A stretch of 62,790 nt of DNA from Gammaproteobacteria bacterium (GTDB lineage Bacteria; Pseudomonadota; Gammaproteobacteria; Steroidobacterales; Foliamicaceae): assembly GCA_007571315.1 (NCBI GenBank), contig RKRP01000054.1:1-62790 (forward strand), in the 5' to 3' direction. Numbering within the stretch: the stretch's first letter is position 1; each line of letters begins with the position of its first letter. Below are positions 24,633 to 33,514 of the stretch, piece after piece. Both the position numbers and the translations under genes were made by a program. The notes beneath the pieces were generated by a model that saw only the letters and a program-made list of their open reading frames with translations, was not told the origin of the DNA and made no database searches.

Positions 24633-26690
24633 ATGCTAGGCAAGGCGGCGCAGCCAAGGGGCTCCGTGCAGCAAAATGAAACCTCCGTTGAATCGCCGCT
24701 CCTTGATCTCGGAAAGGTAAGCCGGGTTTACCGGGCTGAAGGCGGCGTTCGCGTCCGGGCGCTTAAAGATGTCTCGCTGCAAGTGCATGCGGGAGAGTTT
24801 GTTTGCATCACCGGTCCATCGGGCGCCGGAAAATCGACCCTGATGAACATTATCGGCTGCATGGATCAAGCCGATAGCGGATCGTACCGGCTGGCAGGCA
24901 GAGAAGTGCAGGGTTTCGGCACGGGCGCCTTGGCGTTGTTGCGGCGGCGGTTTTTCGGCTTCGTGTTTCAGGCTGCGAATCTGCTGGAATCCTACACGGC
25001 CTCCCAAAATGTCCAATTACCCGGCCTTTATGCCGGAATGAGCCGCTCGAGGCGTCAAAGGCGCGCCACCGAACTGCTTTCTAGCCTGGACCTGGCTACG
25101 CGCGCTGAACATCTTCCGTCCGAACTGTCCGGCGGCGAGCAACAACGGGTCGCGGTTGCCCGTGCGCTCATGAATGGCGGACGAGTCATTCTGGCGGACG
25201 AGCCCACCGGCGCGCTGGACCGAGAGAATGGCGAAGAAGTCCTCAAGAAGTTGGAACACCTGACGGCGCAGGGGCATACGGTTATCGTCGTTTCGCATAA
25301 TCCAGAGGTGGCGGCGCGTGCCCGCCGGCAGATTGCGTTACAAGACGGACGCCTTGTCAGTGATTCCGGCGGCGGTAAATCCGCATTGCCAGGCGGCGCA
25401 TCCCGGGAAGAATCGGGAGGGCAGGGCACGCCCAGCGCGATTTTGGAGTTGGTTCGAGGCAGTTGGACGGCTTTGCGCGCCAACCTCGGACGCGGGACGC
25501 GATTGCACACCTTGCTGCCCATACTCTGCATCGGGATTGCGGTTTGCGTGGGAGCCATGACGATCAGTCTGAGCTCGGGGGTGTATCGTCAAGCATCCGA
25601 AAAGATCAATTCCTTTGGCCTGGATGCAATCAGCATATATCCCACTCCTGGAAGGGCGGGTCCCGACCGTCCAGGAAGGAGCCTTACGCATGAGGATGTT
25701 GCGGCGATTGAGAATCAGATCGGCGGCGTGCGGGCGATCTCACCTTCCCTGAAGCGCTATGGAGTCGGCGTTCGCTACGGCGGTGCGAATGCGGAAGCGC
25801 AGGTAAACGGTTTCGTTGACCGAGGTTCTCAAACCGGCCGCGGACCTTCGTCATATCTCTTGGAAAGCGGAGCGCCCATTACCCAGCAAGAAGACGACAG
25901 TATGGCGCAGGTAGCGGTGATAGGCGCAACAACCCGCAAACTGCTGTTTCCTTCCGGCATCGACCCTGTTGGGGAAGTGATTCTGATTGAAAACCGGCCT
26001 TTTCGCGTAAAAGGCGTGCTCCGTTATCGTTCCGGATTGATTAAAGATGCACCCTCAGCCGAACTCGCCCGCGAGCTTGGGGACATGGTGAACAATGAGA
26101 TATTCGTTCCCTACAAAACCGCCGCTTTCTTGCTTTTCGAATCCGAAACTCTTAGCGACATGGTTGTTTTCATGCGAGACCCCGACCAGGTGCTGGGTGC
26201 CGCCAGCCAGATAAGGGACTTGCTTATAAGTCGGCTCGGGGACGACGTATTTTTCCTGATGAGTTATCCGGGAGAGGCTTCCGAGAAAGCAATGCAAGTG
26301 CGGACATGGTTGTGGCTGGGTTTGGGAAGCATTGCCATAATCGCGCTGTTGGCCGGTAACCTGGTGGTGATGAACGCCATGCTTGTTTCGGTGAGCGCCC
26401 GCAAACGCGAAATAGGTATTCGTCTGGCTGTAGGCGCGCGCCGCCGCGACATATCCCGGCAATTTCTTGCCGAAGCGGTGACAGTCAACGTTGCGGGCGG
26501 TTTGCTGGGCGCACTTCTTGCCCTTACCGCCGTCATTGGGCTGCAGTCCCTTTATGTCGCTGCAAGCATCTCACTGTGGATGTTTGTGGCGCCGTTTGCT
26601 TGCTCGGCGATAGCGGGAGCGCTGTTCGGCATTGCGCCGGCTCGGAGGGCGGCCCGTCTCACTCCTGTAGTTGCTCTGGCTTCCGAGTAG
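24633..26690 (+). CDS. fused MacB-type ABC transporter (ATPase plus FtsX permease)
   Basis: Walker A GPSGAGKST, signature LSGGEQQRVAVARAL and Walker B ILADEPTGALD. These are followed by a TM helix, a periplasmic domain and a C-terminal FtsX region (RKREIGIRLAVGA). No MacA-type adaptor gene is adjacent. Confidence 0.85.
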   Translation: MLGKAAQPRGSVQQNETSVESPLLDLGKVSRVYRAEGGVRVRALKDVSLQVHAGEFVCITGPSGAGKSTLMNIIGCMDQADSGSYRLAGREVQGFGTGALALLRRRFFGFVFQAANLLESYTASQNVQLPGLYAGMSRSRRQRRATELLSSLDLATRAEHLPSELSGGEQQRVAVARALMNGGRVILADEPTGALDRENGEEVLKKLEHLTAQGHTVIVVSHNPEVAARARRQIALQDGRLVSDSGGGKSALPGGASREESGGQGTPSAILELVRGSWTALRANLGRGTRLHTLLPILCIGIAVCVGAMTISLSSGVYRQASEKINSFGLDAISIYPTPGRAGPDRPGRSLTHEDVAAIENQIGGVRAISPSLKRYGVGVRYGGANAEAQVNGFVDRGSQTGRGPSSYLLESGAPITQQEDDSMAQVAVIGATTRKLLFPSGIDPVGEVILIENRPFRVKGVLRYRSGLIKDAPSAELARELGDMVNNEIFVPYKTAAFLLFESETLSDMVVFMRDPDQVLGAASQIRDLLISRLGDDVFFLMSYPGEASEKAMQVRTWLWLGLGSIAIIALLAGNLVVMNAMLVSVSARKREIGIRLAVGARRRDISRQFLAEAVTVNVAGGLLGALLALTAVIGLQSLYVAASISLWMFVAPFACSAIAGALFGIAPARRAARLTPVVALASE

Positions 26691-26736
26691 CCTGAATCCG
26701 CAATGCGCGAGGTCGTGGTTTGCTGCCGCGGTCAGC

Positions 26737-28683
26737 CGGAAGTTCCCCCTGATTTTCGGCTGATTTTCGCATCAAGCGGTTGATTCTCTGGGGAATACCA
26801 TCTTTCGCCGGCGGATATTTGTTCCCATGTAGATGAAATATCATACCTTGCATCCTCTATCTTCATGGGTTACTATCATTCCCATGTATGTCGAAACCGT
26901 CCCGAACCGCAACTCGCCCCCCGCCATCCTCCTGCGCGAAGGCTGGCGCGAAGGCGGAAAAGTCAAAAAGCGCACGCTTGCCAACCTCTCGAAGTGGCCC
27001 AAGCCGAAGATCGAGATGCTGCGCCGCCTGCTCAAGGACGAGCCGCTCGTCGGACGCGGCGAAGCCTTCGACATCGCCCGCTCGCTTCCCCACGGCCATG
27101 CGGCCGCCGCGCTGGGAACGCTGCGCAAGCTGGGCGTCGAGCGGCTGCTGGACTCCAAGCGTTCCCCCCAGCGCGACCGGGCGGTGGCGATGATCGTCGC
27201 CCGGCTGCTCGACCCCGGCTCCAAGCTGGCCACGGCGCGGGGACTGGCAGAAGCCACCGCGCGCGACTCGCTGGCCGCGACGCTGGGCCTGGGGCCGCTG
27301 GACGAGGACGATCTGCACGCGGCGATGGACTGGCTGCTGGCGCGCCAGGCGCGCATTGAGCGGGGCTTGGCCCGGCGGCATCTCAAGGAAGGCGCCCTGG
27401 TGCTGTACGACCTGACTTCGGCGTATCTGGAAGGGCGCCATTGCCCGCTGGCCCGACTCGGGCACTCGCGCGGCGGCAAGCGGGGCAAGCTGCAGATCGA
27501 GCTCGGCTTGCTGCGCGCCCGGGACGGCTGCCCGGTGGCGGTGGAAGTGTTCGAGGGCAACGTGGCCGATCCGAAGACGGCGGGTTCGCAGATCAACAAG
27601 CTGAAGGACCGCTTCGGATTGTCGCGGGTGGTGTTGGTGGGCGACCGGGGGATGCTGACGGACGCGCGCATCCGCGAGGAGGTGGCGCCGTCGGGGCTGG
27701 ACTGGATCTCGGCGCTGCGGGGCTCGGCGATCCGCCAGCTGGTGGAGTCGGGGGCGGTTCAGTTGTCGCTGTTCGACGAGAGGGACTTGGTGGAGGTCCG
27801 CAGCGGCGCCTATCCGGGGGAGCGGCTGATGGTGTGCCGCAATCCGCTGCTGGCGGCGGAGCGTTCGCGCAAGCGCGAGGAGCTGCTTCAAGCCACGGAG
27901 AGGCATCTGGAGTCCATCGCGGAGGCGGCGCGCCGGGAGAAGCGCCGCTTGAAGGGCGCGGAGAGGATCGGCGAGCGGGTGGGCAAGGTGATCAACCAAT
28001 ACAAGATGACCAAGCATTTCGAGTGGTGGCTGGATGCCGAGGGCCGGTTCCATTACCGGCGCAAGGAATCCGGCATTGCGGCGGAGTCGGCGCTGGACGG
28101 CTTGTATGCGGTGCGCACCAGCCTTCCGGAGAGCGAGATGAACGCGGAGGGCGCGGTGCGGTCCTATAAGCGCTTGAGCGCGGTGGAGCGGGCCTTCCGC
28201 AGCCTCAAGAGCGTGGACTTGAAGGTTCGCCCGGTGTTCCACCGCGCGGCCGACCGTGTGCGCGCCCATGCGCTGCTATGCATGCTGGCGTACTGCGTGG
28301 AATGGCACATGCGCCGCCGTCTGGCGCCGCTGCTGTTCGACGGCGAGCATCCAGGCGAGGCGGCGCGGGCTTCCGCGGTGGCTCCGGCGAGGGTCTCCGA
28401 ATCCGCCCGGCGCAAGGCGTCGCGCAAGCGCGCGGAAGAGGGCTGGCCGGTCCATAGCTTCCGCGCCTTGCTGGGCGATCTGGCCACGCTGACCAAGAAC
28501 ACGGTTGCGCCGCGCGTGGAGGGCGCTGATCCGTTTGAGCTTCTGGCCCGTCCTACGCCGTTGCAGTCCAAAGCCTTCAAGCTGCTTGGAGTGCGCCCCT
28601 GACGTACCCAGTAGCGAAACGCTGAATTATCGGGATGGTCCAGAGAATCAGGAAGTTATGATTTCTTCCTTCTGGAACTTCCG
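26737..28683 (+). mobile_element. IS1634-family insertion sequence; boundaries tentative
   Basis: Inverted matches are cggaagttcc (26737-46) / ggaacttccg (28674-83) and tgattctctgg (26781-91) / ccagagaatca (28640-50), then accatc inward. Spacing agrees once an 11-bp tandem duplication (26749-26770) is removed. No target duplication was seen. Confidence 0.4.
26884..28602 (+). CDS. IS1634-family (IS4 superfamily) DDE transposase
   Basis: The start MYVETVPNRNSPPAILLREGWREGGKVKKRTLANLSKWP is the characteristic IS1634 N-terminus. Length is about 572 aa. Confidence 0.85.
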   Translation: MYVETVPNRNSPPAILLREGWREGGKVKKRTLANLSKWPKPKIEMLRRLLKDEPLVGRGEAFDIARSLPHGHAAAALGTLRKLGVERLLDSKRSPQRDRAVAMIVARLLDPGSKLATARGLAEATARDSLAATLGLGPLDEDDLHAAMDWLLARQARIERGLARRHLKEGALVLYDLTSAYLEGRHCPLARLGHSRGGKRGKLQIELGLLRARDGCPVAVEVFEGNVADPKTAGSQINKLKDRFGLSRVVLVGDRGMLTDARIREEVAPSGLDWISALRGSAIRQLVESGAVQLSLFDERDLVEVRSGAYPGERLMVCRNPLLAAERSRKREELLQATERHLESIAEAARREKRRLKGAERIGERVGKVINQYKMTKHFEWWLDAEGRFHYRRKESGIAAESALDGLYAVRTSLPESEMNAEGAVRSYKRLSAVERAFRSLKSVDLKVRPVFHRAADRVRAHALLCMLAYCVEWHMRRRLAPLLFDGEHPGEAARASAVAPARVSESARRKASRKRAEEGWPVHSFRALLGDLATLTKNTVAPRVEGADPFELLARPTPLQSKAFKLLGVRP

Positions 28684-28982
28684 ATTAGGAGGGCTACCCA
28701 GTCGATTGAATTATAGGCAGCTTGGCATTAGCGGCCCATCTGTTGCGGTCGCGAATGTAGAACGAAACACCAATCTGCCTCGGATATGTGAGTTGCATCG
28801 TCTGGAACTCGATAAGCGCCCTACAGTTGACAAACATGCATAACAATATGTGCTGCTACGCTTTTTGCTCAATACGTAGTTCCAAGCCCTTCTTCAATCT
28901 GCCGCGTAAGCGACCGCCATCGTCTTCCCCTCGGGGCCGGTCCATCTGAACTAAGGGACAAGGCATCATATCAGGCCGCCTG

Positions 28983-30017
28983 ATGCGAAACAGGGCTTAC
29001 AGGATCACCACAACGGTGCTTCCTGTCGTGGGGCTCGCGGCGCTGTTTGCCCTGCGGTTCGCGGGGCTCTACAGCCATCAGGCTTTGGCGGCGGCTCTCG
29101 GTATTGGTTTGATATGGGCAGTCATTGGCCCTGGCGGGCTGGCGTGGAGAAAACAACTGCGCTGGCGACAGTTTCTGGTGTTTCAAGCAAGCGGCAACCG
29201 CAGCCTTCTCCTTGAAGCGATTGGTCGATCCAGTTTCTGGGTGTTGGCAGCGGTCGCCTGCTTGTGGGTGTTCCCTCGCTCCGCGGAAATGTGGTCCATC
29301 ATGGCCATCGTGGCTGGAGTTTCGTTGCTTCGAATCGCGGCCTCCTTCGTTATTCCACGACAGCCGAACAGACTGCTTGCCCTCATTATGGTCCTGTGCG
29401 CCGTGGTGCTGGTCTTTGATCTGACGCAAGCCTTGCGCCGCGGGCCGCCTGCTGTCGTCAAGCTTGCAGTCCCGTTCGAGGGCGAGTGGCTGGTTTTGCA
29501 GGGAGGAATGAGCCCGCTACAGAACCATCATCTTGTGGCGTTCAACCAACGTTTTGCGATCGATGTCGTTCGGCTTGAGAACGGCCACATTTTCGATGCA
29601 ACCGGGGAAGCGCAAGGCAACGCGGCTGCTCATGGCTGGGAGCAACCGCTATTCTCGCCGGTGGGTGGCAAGGTAGTTTTCACGCGAGACGATCTAGCGG
29701 ATGCAGAAGGAGCCGCGCTCGTGCGCGAAGCGGCGGATGCGTTTGGGAACATGATCGCCATCCAGACGGATACCCGCTTCTTTGTTGTTCTCGCACATCT
29801 CCGCCAGGGGACGCTACGGGTGAAGGAAGGACAGGTCGTTAGCCAGGGCGACCTGTTGGCCCAGGTCGGCAATTCGGGGAACACCACCATGCCGCATCTG
29901 CATTTGCAGGTGCAGACTCACGTGGATCCGTGGCATGCGAAGAACCGCTCCGTACCCTTCGTGTTCGGTACTAACGGTCGGATGCCCATTCGCAATGATC
30001 GCATCCACGGTCGTTGA
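28983..30017 (+). CDS. M23-family metallopeptidase with N-terminal multi-TM domain
   Basis: Four to five hydrophobic helices are followed by GNSGNTTMPHLHLQV (the M23 HxH block). Confidence 0.75.
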   Translation: MRNRAYRITTTVLPVVGLAALFALRFAGLYSHQALAAALGIGLIWAVIGPGGLAWRKQLRWRQFLVFQASGNRSLLLEAIGRSSFWVLAAVACLWVFPRSAEMWSIMAIVAGVSLLRIAASFVIPRQPNRLLALIMVLCAVVLVFDLTQALRRGPPAVVKLAVPFEGEWLVLQGGMSPLQNHHLVAFNQRFAIDVVRLENGHIFDATGEAQGNAAAHGWEQPLFSPVGGKVVFTRDDLADAEGAALVREAADAFGNMIAIQTDTRFFVVLAHLRQGTLRVKEGQVVSQGDLLAQVGNSGNTTMPHLHLQVQTHVDPWHAKNRSVPFVFGTNGRMPIRNDRIHGR

Positions 30018-30065
30018 CCCTGCTGTTGTTTGAGGCTTCCGCGGGGTTTTATTGCGTTCCTTCGA

Positions 30066-31151
30066 TCAGCCGCTATCCAGGGCGGCGAGTTGCTCGGCTT
30101 CCATTTGCTGGCGCAGCGGTTCGATGATTGGATCGAGGTCGCCTTCCATGATTTGCGGCAGCTTGTACAGGCTCAGGCCGATTCGGTGGTCGGTCACGCG
30201 GCCCTGCGGGTAGTTGTAGGTGCGGATGCGCTCGGAACGATCGCCGCTCCCCACTTGCGAGCGGCGCTCCTCGGCGCGTTCGCGCTCGCGGCGCCGTTCT
30301 TCAGCGTCGAGCAGGCGCGCCCGCAACAGTGACAGGGCGCGGGCGCGGTTCTTGTGCTGCGAGCGCTCGTCCTGGCACTCCACCACAATGCCTGTAGGCA
30401 AATGGGTAAGGCGCACTGCGGAGTCGGTCTTGTTGACATGCTGTCCGCCTGCGCCGGAAGCGCGGTAGGTATCGACCCGCAAATCGCCGGGGTCGATTTC
30501 GATTTCGCCGGTTTCCTCGGCTTCCGGAAGCACCGCAACGGTGCAGGCCGAGGTGTGGATGCGGCCCTGGGATTCGGTTTCCGGGACCCGCTGCACGCGA
30601 TGGGCGCCGGACTCGAAACGCAAATACGAAAAAACCCGCTTGCCGGACAACCGGCAGATCACTTCCTTGTAGCCGCCGTGCTCGCCTTCGCTCGCCTGCA
30701 GGATGTCCTGCGACCAGCGGCGCGCCTCGGCGTAGCGCGCATACATGCGGAACAGATCGCCGGCGAACAGCGCCGCCTCGTCGCCGCCGGTGCCGGCGCG
30801 TATTTCCAGATACACGCCGCGCGCGTCGCGCGGGTCGGGTTGCAGCAGAAAACGGCGCAAGCTCCGTTCCAGCTCCTGTTGCTCGCTGCGCGCCTGCGCG
30901 ATTTCCTCGCGCGCCAGTTCGCGGAGTTCGCCGTCGTCGCCCTCCAGCATTTCGCTGGCGCCGGCTTCGGCCGCCAGCGCCTGTTCGTAACGCTCGAGCA
31001 GGCTGGCCAGAGGATGAAGGCGGGCGTGCTCGCGCCCGATGTCGCGTCTTCGCGCGGCATCGGAAAGCACTTGCGGGTCGGCCAGCGAAGCCTCAAGGCG
31101 CGTGAAGCGCTTTTTAAGTCCGCGAAGTTTTTCCAGCAGGGCGGGGTTCAT
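30066..31151 (-). CDS. prfA: peptide chain release factor 1
   Basis: 361 aa with the RVPETES (PxT tripeptide) and [11 protein letters not shown] (GGQ) motifs. The start MNPALLEKL was chosen inside the artefactually long ORF 30066..32843. Confidence 0.95.
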   Translation of the reverse strand: MNPALLEKLRGLKKRFTRLEASLADPQVLSDAARRRDIGREHARLHPLASLLERYEQALAAEAGASEMLEGDDGELRELAREEIAQARSEQQELERSLRRFLLQPDPRDARGVYLEIRAGTGGDEAALFAGDLFRMYARYAEARRWSQDILQASEGEHGGYKEVICRLSGKRVFSYLRFESGAHRVQRVPETESQGRIHTSACTVAVLPEAEETGEIEIDPGDLRVDTYRASGAGGQHVNKTDSAVRLTHLPTGIVVECQDERSQHKNRARALSLLRARLLDAEERRRERERAEERRSQVGSGDRSERIRTYNYPQGRVTDHRIGLSLYKLPQIMEGDLDPIIEPLRQQMEAEQLAALDSG

Positions 31152-31217
31152 GACAAAGTGTCCGCAAACAGGGATTGTTGCAAGGGCCAGGGCCTCAACA
31201 GCGGCTATTATCGCAGT

Positions 31218-32894
31218 GTGAATACCCCTCGCCTCGTTGCAAGCGCCCCGGCAAACCCTTCCAGCCTTTGGCTGGCCGGCTGCGCGAGCCTTTGGCTGGC
31301 CGGCTGCGCAAGCGGGCAGCAGTGGCTGAACGAGGCGGGCTGGCCGCCATTCCCCCAATCGGAAGCGCGGGCTCTGCTGGCGGCCGCTTCCGATCGTTCC
31401 AACGACGACGCTCAGCCAGCGGCGGCGGCCAGGGAGGCGGCGGAGTTCGCTTACCACCGCGACCTGTATGCGATTTCTCTTCAGGCTGCCGAACTGTGGC
31501 TGGAGCATGGTCCGGATGATCCGGAGGCCCTGGCGCTGGTCGCGGCGCTGCGGGTGGCTGCTGGTCAGGCCGGCCGGTCGATTGATGCCGCTCGCAGGGG
31601 CCTGTCCCGGCCCGGGCCAGCTGAGCGCTTTGTGGAGTTGTTCGCCGAGCGCCTCTCGGGCATCAACCCGGAGTTGCTTGCCGCCCGCCCGCTGGGGCCC
31701 GTTACCGCGCAACTGGCGCAGGAGTTTCCCGGTTCGCCGGGCGTGCTCCTGCTGGCTGCCCGTGTTGCGCTGGGCGCCGGGCAGCACGATCAAGCCTTGC
31801 GCCACGCAGGCGCTCTGCTGAAACAGAACCCCGGGGACGATGCCGCGCATGCGCTTGCGGCCACCGCGCTGCTTCGCGCGGGCGAGCCAGACATGGCCCT
31901 GGCCCGGCTGACCGAGCAATTGGCGCTGCGCGACAGCGTGCCGCTGGAACAGAACTACGCCATGCTGCTGCTGGAGAACCGCCAGCCGCGCGAGGCCATC
32001 AGCTGGATGCGCGATCTGCGCGGGCGCCGCCCCGACCTTCCCGAGCTGGCGCTTCAGGAAGCGCGAATGCTGCGCTTGCTGGGCGCCGGCCATCTGGCGG
32101 AACCGATACTTCTGGAACTGTTCACGCGCGGCTACGAGGCCGATCAGGTCCGGGAAGAGCTGGGGAGCATCGCCGCGGACCGCGAGGAGTGGCTGGAGGC
32201 CGTGGAGTGGTACGCCGGCATTCGCTCCGAAGCGCTGGCCCCGGCGGCCGCTCAGGGCATCGTTCGGGCTTTCGTGGAACTGGAGGAATTCGGCGAAGCC
32301 CTGGCCGCGGTGCTGGAACTGGCGCGCCGGCATCCCCGGCACACCTACGAAAGCCTGTCGCTGGCCGGCAACATGATGCAGGCCGCCGCCCGCCCGCAGG
32401 ATGCCCTGGCGGCCTACGAGGAAGGCTTGCGTTACGTTCCCGACAGCCGCCAGCTGCGCATGGCGCGCGCTCATGCGCTGGTGGATCTGAAGCAATACCG
32501 CAAGGCTATTCGGGCCATGGAAGATTTGCTTGAGGATTATCCGCGCGATTCGGAGCTCCTGAACGCTCTTGGATACACCCTGGCCGACCGCGGCATCCGT
32601 CTTGAGGAGGCGCATGAGCACATTCGCCTGGCGCTGGAGCTCGCGCCCGGTTCGCCGGCTATTGTTGACAGCATGGGCTGGGTGCTGTACCGGCTGGGCA
32701 GGGCGGAGGAGGCGGCGCCGCTGCTGGAGCAGGCCCTGGCGACCCTTCCGCATCCCGAAGTAGCGGCGCATCTGTGCGAAGTCCTGTTTGAACTGGGACA
32801 AACCCGCAGGGCCCGCGAATTGCTGCGCGAGTCGCTGCGGCAATTCGAGGACACGGCGCTGCTGGAAGCCGTGCAGGAACGGTATTCGCAGTGA
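31218..32894 (+). CDS. TPR-repeat lipoprotein (conserved gene upstream of lolB)
   Basis: The lipobox LAGC is present twice because of a tandem duplication. Multiple TPR-like helices follow. GTG 31218 is a tentative start inside ORF 30354..32894. Confidence 0.65.
   Translation: MNTPRLVASAPANPSSLWLAGCASLWLAGCASGQQWLNEAGWPPFPQSEARALLAAASDRSNDDAQPAAAAREAAEFAYHRDLYAISLQAAELWLEHGPDDPEALALVAALRVAAGQAGRSIDAARRGLSRPGPAERFVELFAERLSGINPELLAARPLGPVTAQLAQEFPGSPGVLLLAARVALGAGQHDQALRHAGALLKQNPGDDAAHALAATALLRAGEPDMALARLTEQLALRDSVPLEQNYAMLLLENRQPREAISWMRDLRGRRPDLPELALQEARMLRLLGAGHLAEPILLELFTRGYEADQVREELGSIAADREEWLEAVEWYAGIRSEALAPAAAQGIVRAFVELEEFGEALAAVLELARRHPRHTYESLSLAGNMMQAAARPQDALAAYEEGLRYVPDSRQLRMARAHALVDLKQYRKAIRAMEDLLEDYPRDSELLNALGYTLADRGIRLEEAHEHIRLALELAPGSPAIVDSMGWVLYRLGRAEEAAPLLEQALATLPHPEVAAHLCEVLFELGQTRRARELLRESLRQFEDTALLEAVQERYSQ
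31263..31310 (+). repeat. tandem duplication, 2 x 24 bp (23/24 identical)
   Basis: agcctttggctggccggctgcgcg / agcctttggctggccggctgcgca encode SLWLAGCA twice. Confidence 0.9.
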
Positions 32895-33496
32895 GACGAG
32901 CTTGCGGGCGCCTCCGCCTGCTGGCGATGGCGTGCATCGTTATCGCCGCTTGCACGCCGGCGCGCGAGGCGAGCCGCGGGCCACCACTGGACATCGCCGC
33001 GCTCGCGGCCCTAGATGCCTGGGAATCCCGCGGAAGGGTGGCGCTCAATGCCGAGGGACGGGGAGTTCAGGCCAGTTTTCTATGGCGTCAGGACGGTGCC
33101 GCGGCACAGTTGGAGTTAAGCGGCCCCTGGGGAGTGGGCGCCAGGCGCGTTCGGATTGAGGGTCCGGACATCCTGTTGTGGAGTAACGGCGCCTGGGTTC
33201 CGATGTGCGCTTCGGGGACAGCGGCCGCCAATGAACTGAAGCTGTTGTGCGCGGCCGCCCCCCTGAACAGCCTGCCGTTCTGGCTGAGGGGCTTGCCTGA
33301 TCCCCTCAATCCGCACACGGAAACCCCTTCCCCCGAAAACGCAGCGCGCGAATTTCGCCAGGACGGCTGGCGAATCGAGGTCAACGCGCTCACCCGGGCG
33401 CGCCAGCTTACGGTTCCCCGCAGGGTGTACATCAGCGGCCCCTGCGCTACGCTGAGGATCGTCATTACGGATTGGGACCTGCCGGGCGCTTCCTGA
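32891..33496 (+). CDS. lolB: outer-membrane lipoprotein LolB
   Basis: Lipoprotein leader ...ACIVIAAC, about 200 aa, a LolB-like block (ASFLWRQ...LELSGPWG), and the position after the TPR gene as in Pseudomonas. GTGA overlap with the TPR stop. Confidence 0.75.
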   Translation: MRRACGRLRLLAMACIVIAACTPAREASRGPPLDIAALAALDAWESRGRVALNAEGRGVQASFLWRQDGAAAQLELSGPWGVGARRVRIEGPDILLWSNGAWVPMCASGTAAANELKLLCAAAPLNSLPFWLRGLPDPLNPHTETPSPENAAREFRQDGWRIEVNALTRARQLTVPRRVYISGPCATLRIVITDWDLPGAS

Positions 33497-33514
33497 ATCG
33501 AGGCGGTCCCGAGA

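Noticed and set aside
28603-28982. Possible small gene or toxin remnant in the AT-rich spacer after the IS1634 transposase (for example a 51-codon minus-strand frame MFVNCRALIEFQT...)
   Set aside because: It is short, has no RBS or motif that I recognise, and lies partly within the putative IS right end. I treat it as non-coding or decayed DNA.
30354-31217. N-terminal 288 codons of plus-strand ORF 30354..32894
   Set aside because: This part is antisense to prfA. TPR-protein features (lipobox, helical repeats) start only after about 31218.
31152-32843. Upstream 560 codons of the 925-aa minus-strand ORF that ends as prfA
   Set aside because: RF1 homology begins at MNPALLEKL (31151). The upstream part is antisense to the TPR lipoprotein gene and is compositionally a shadow frame.
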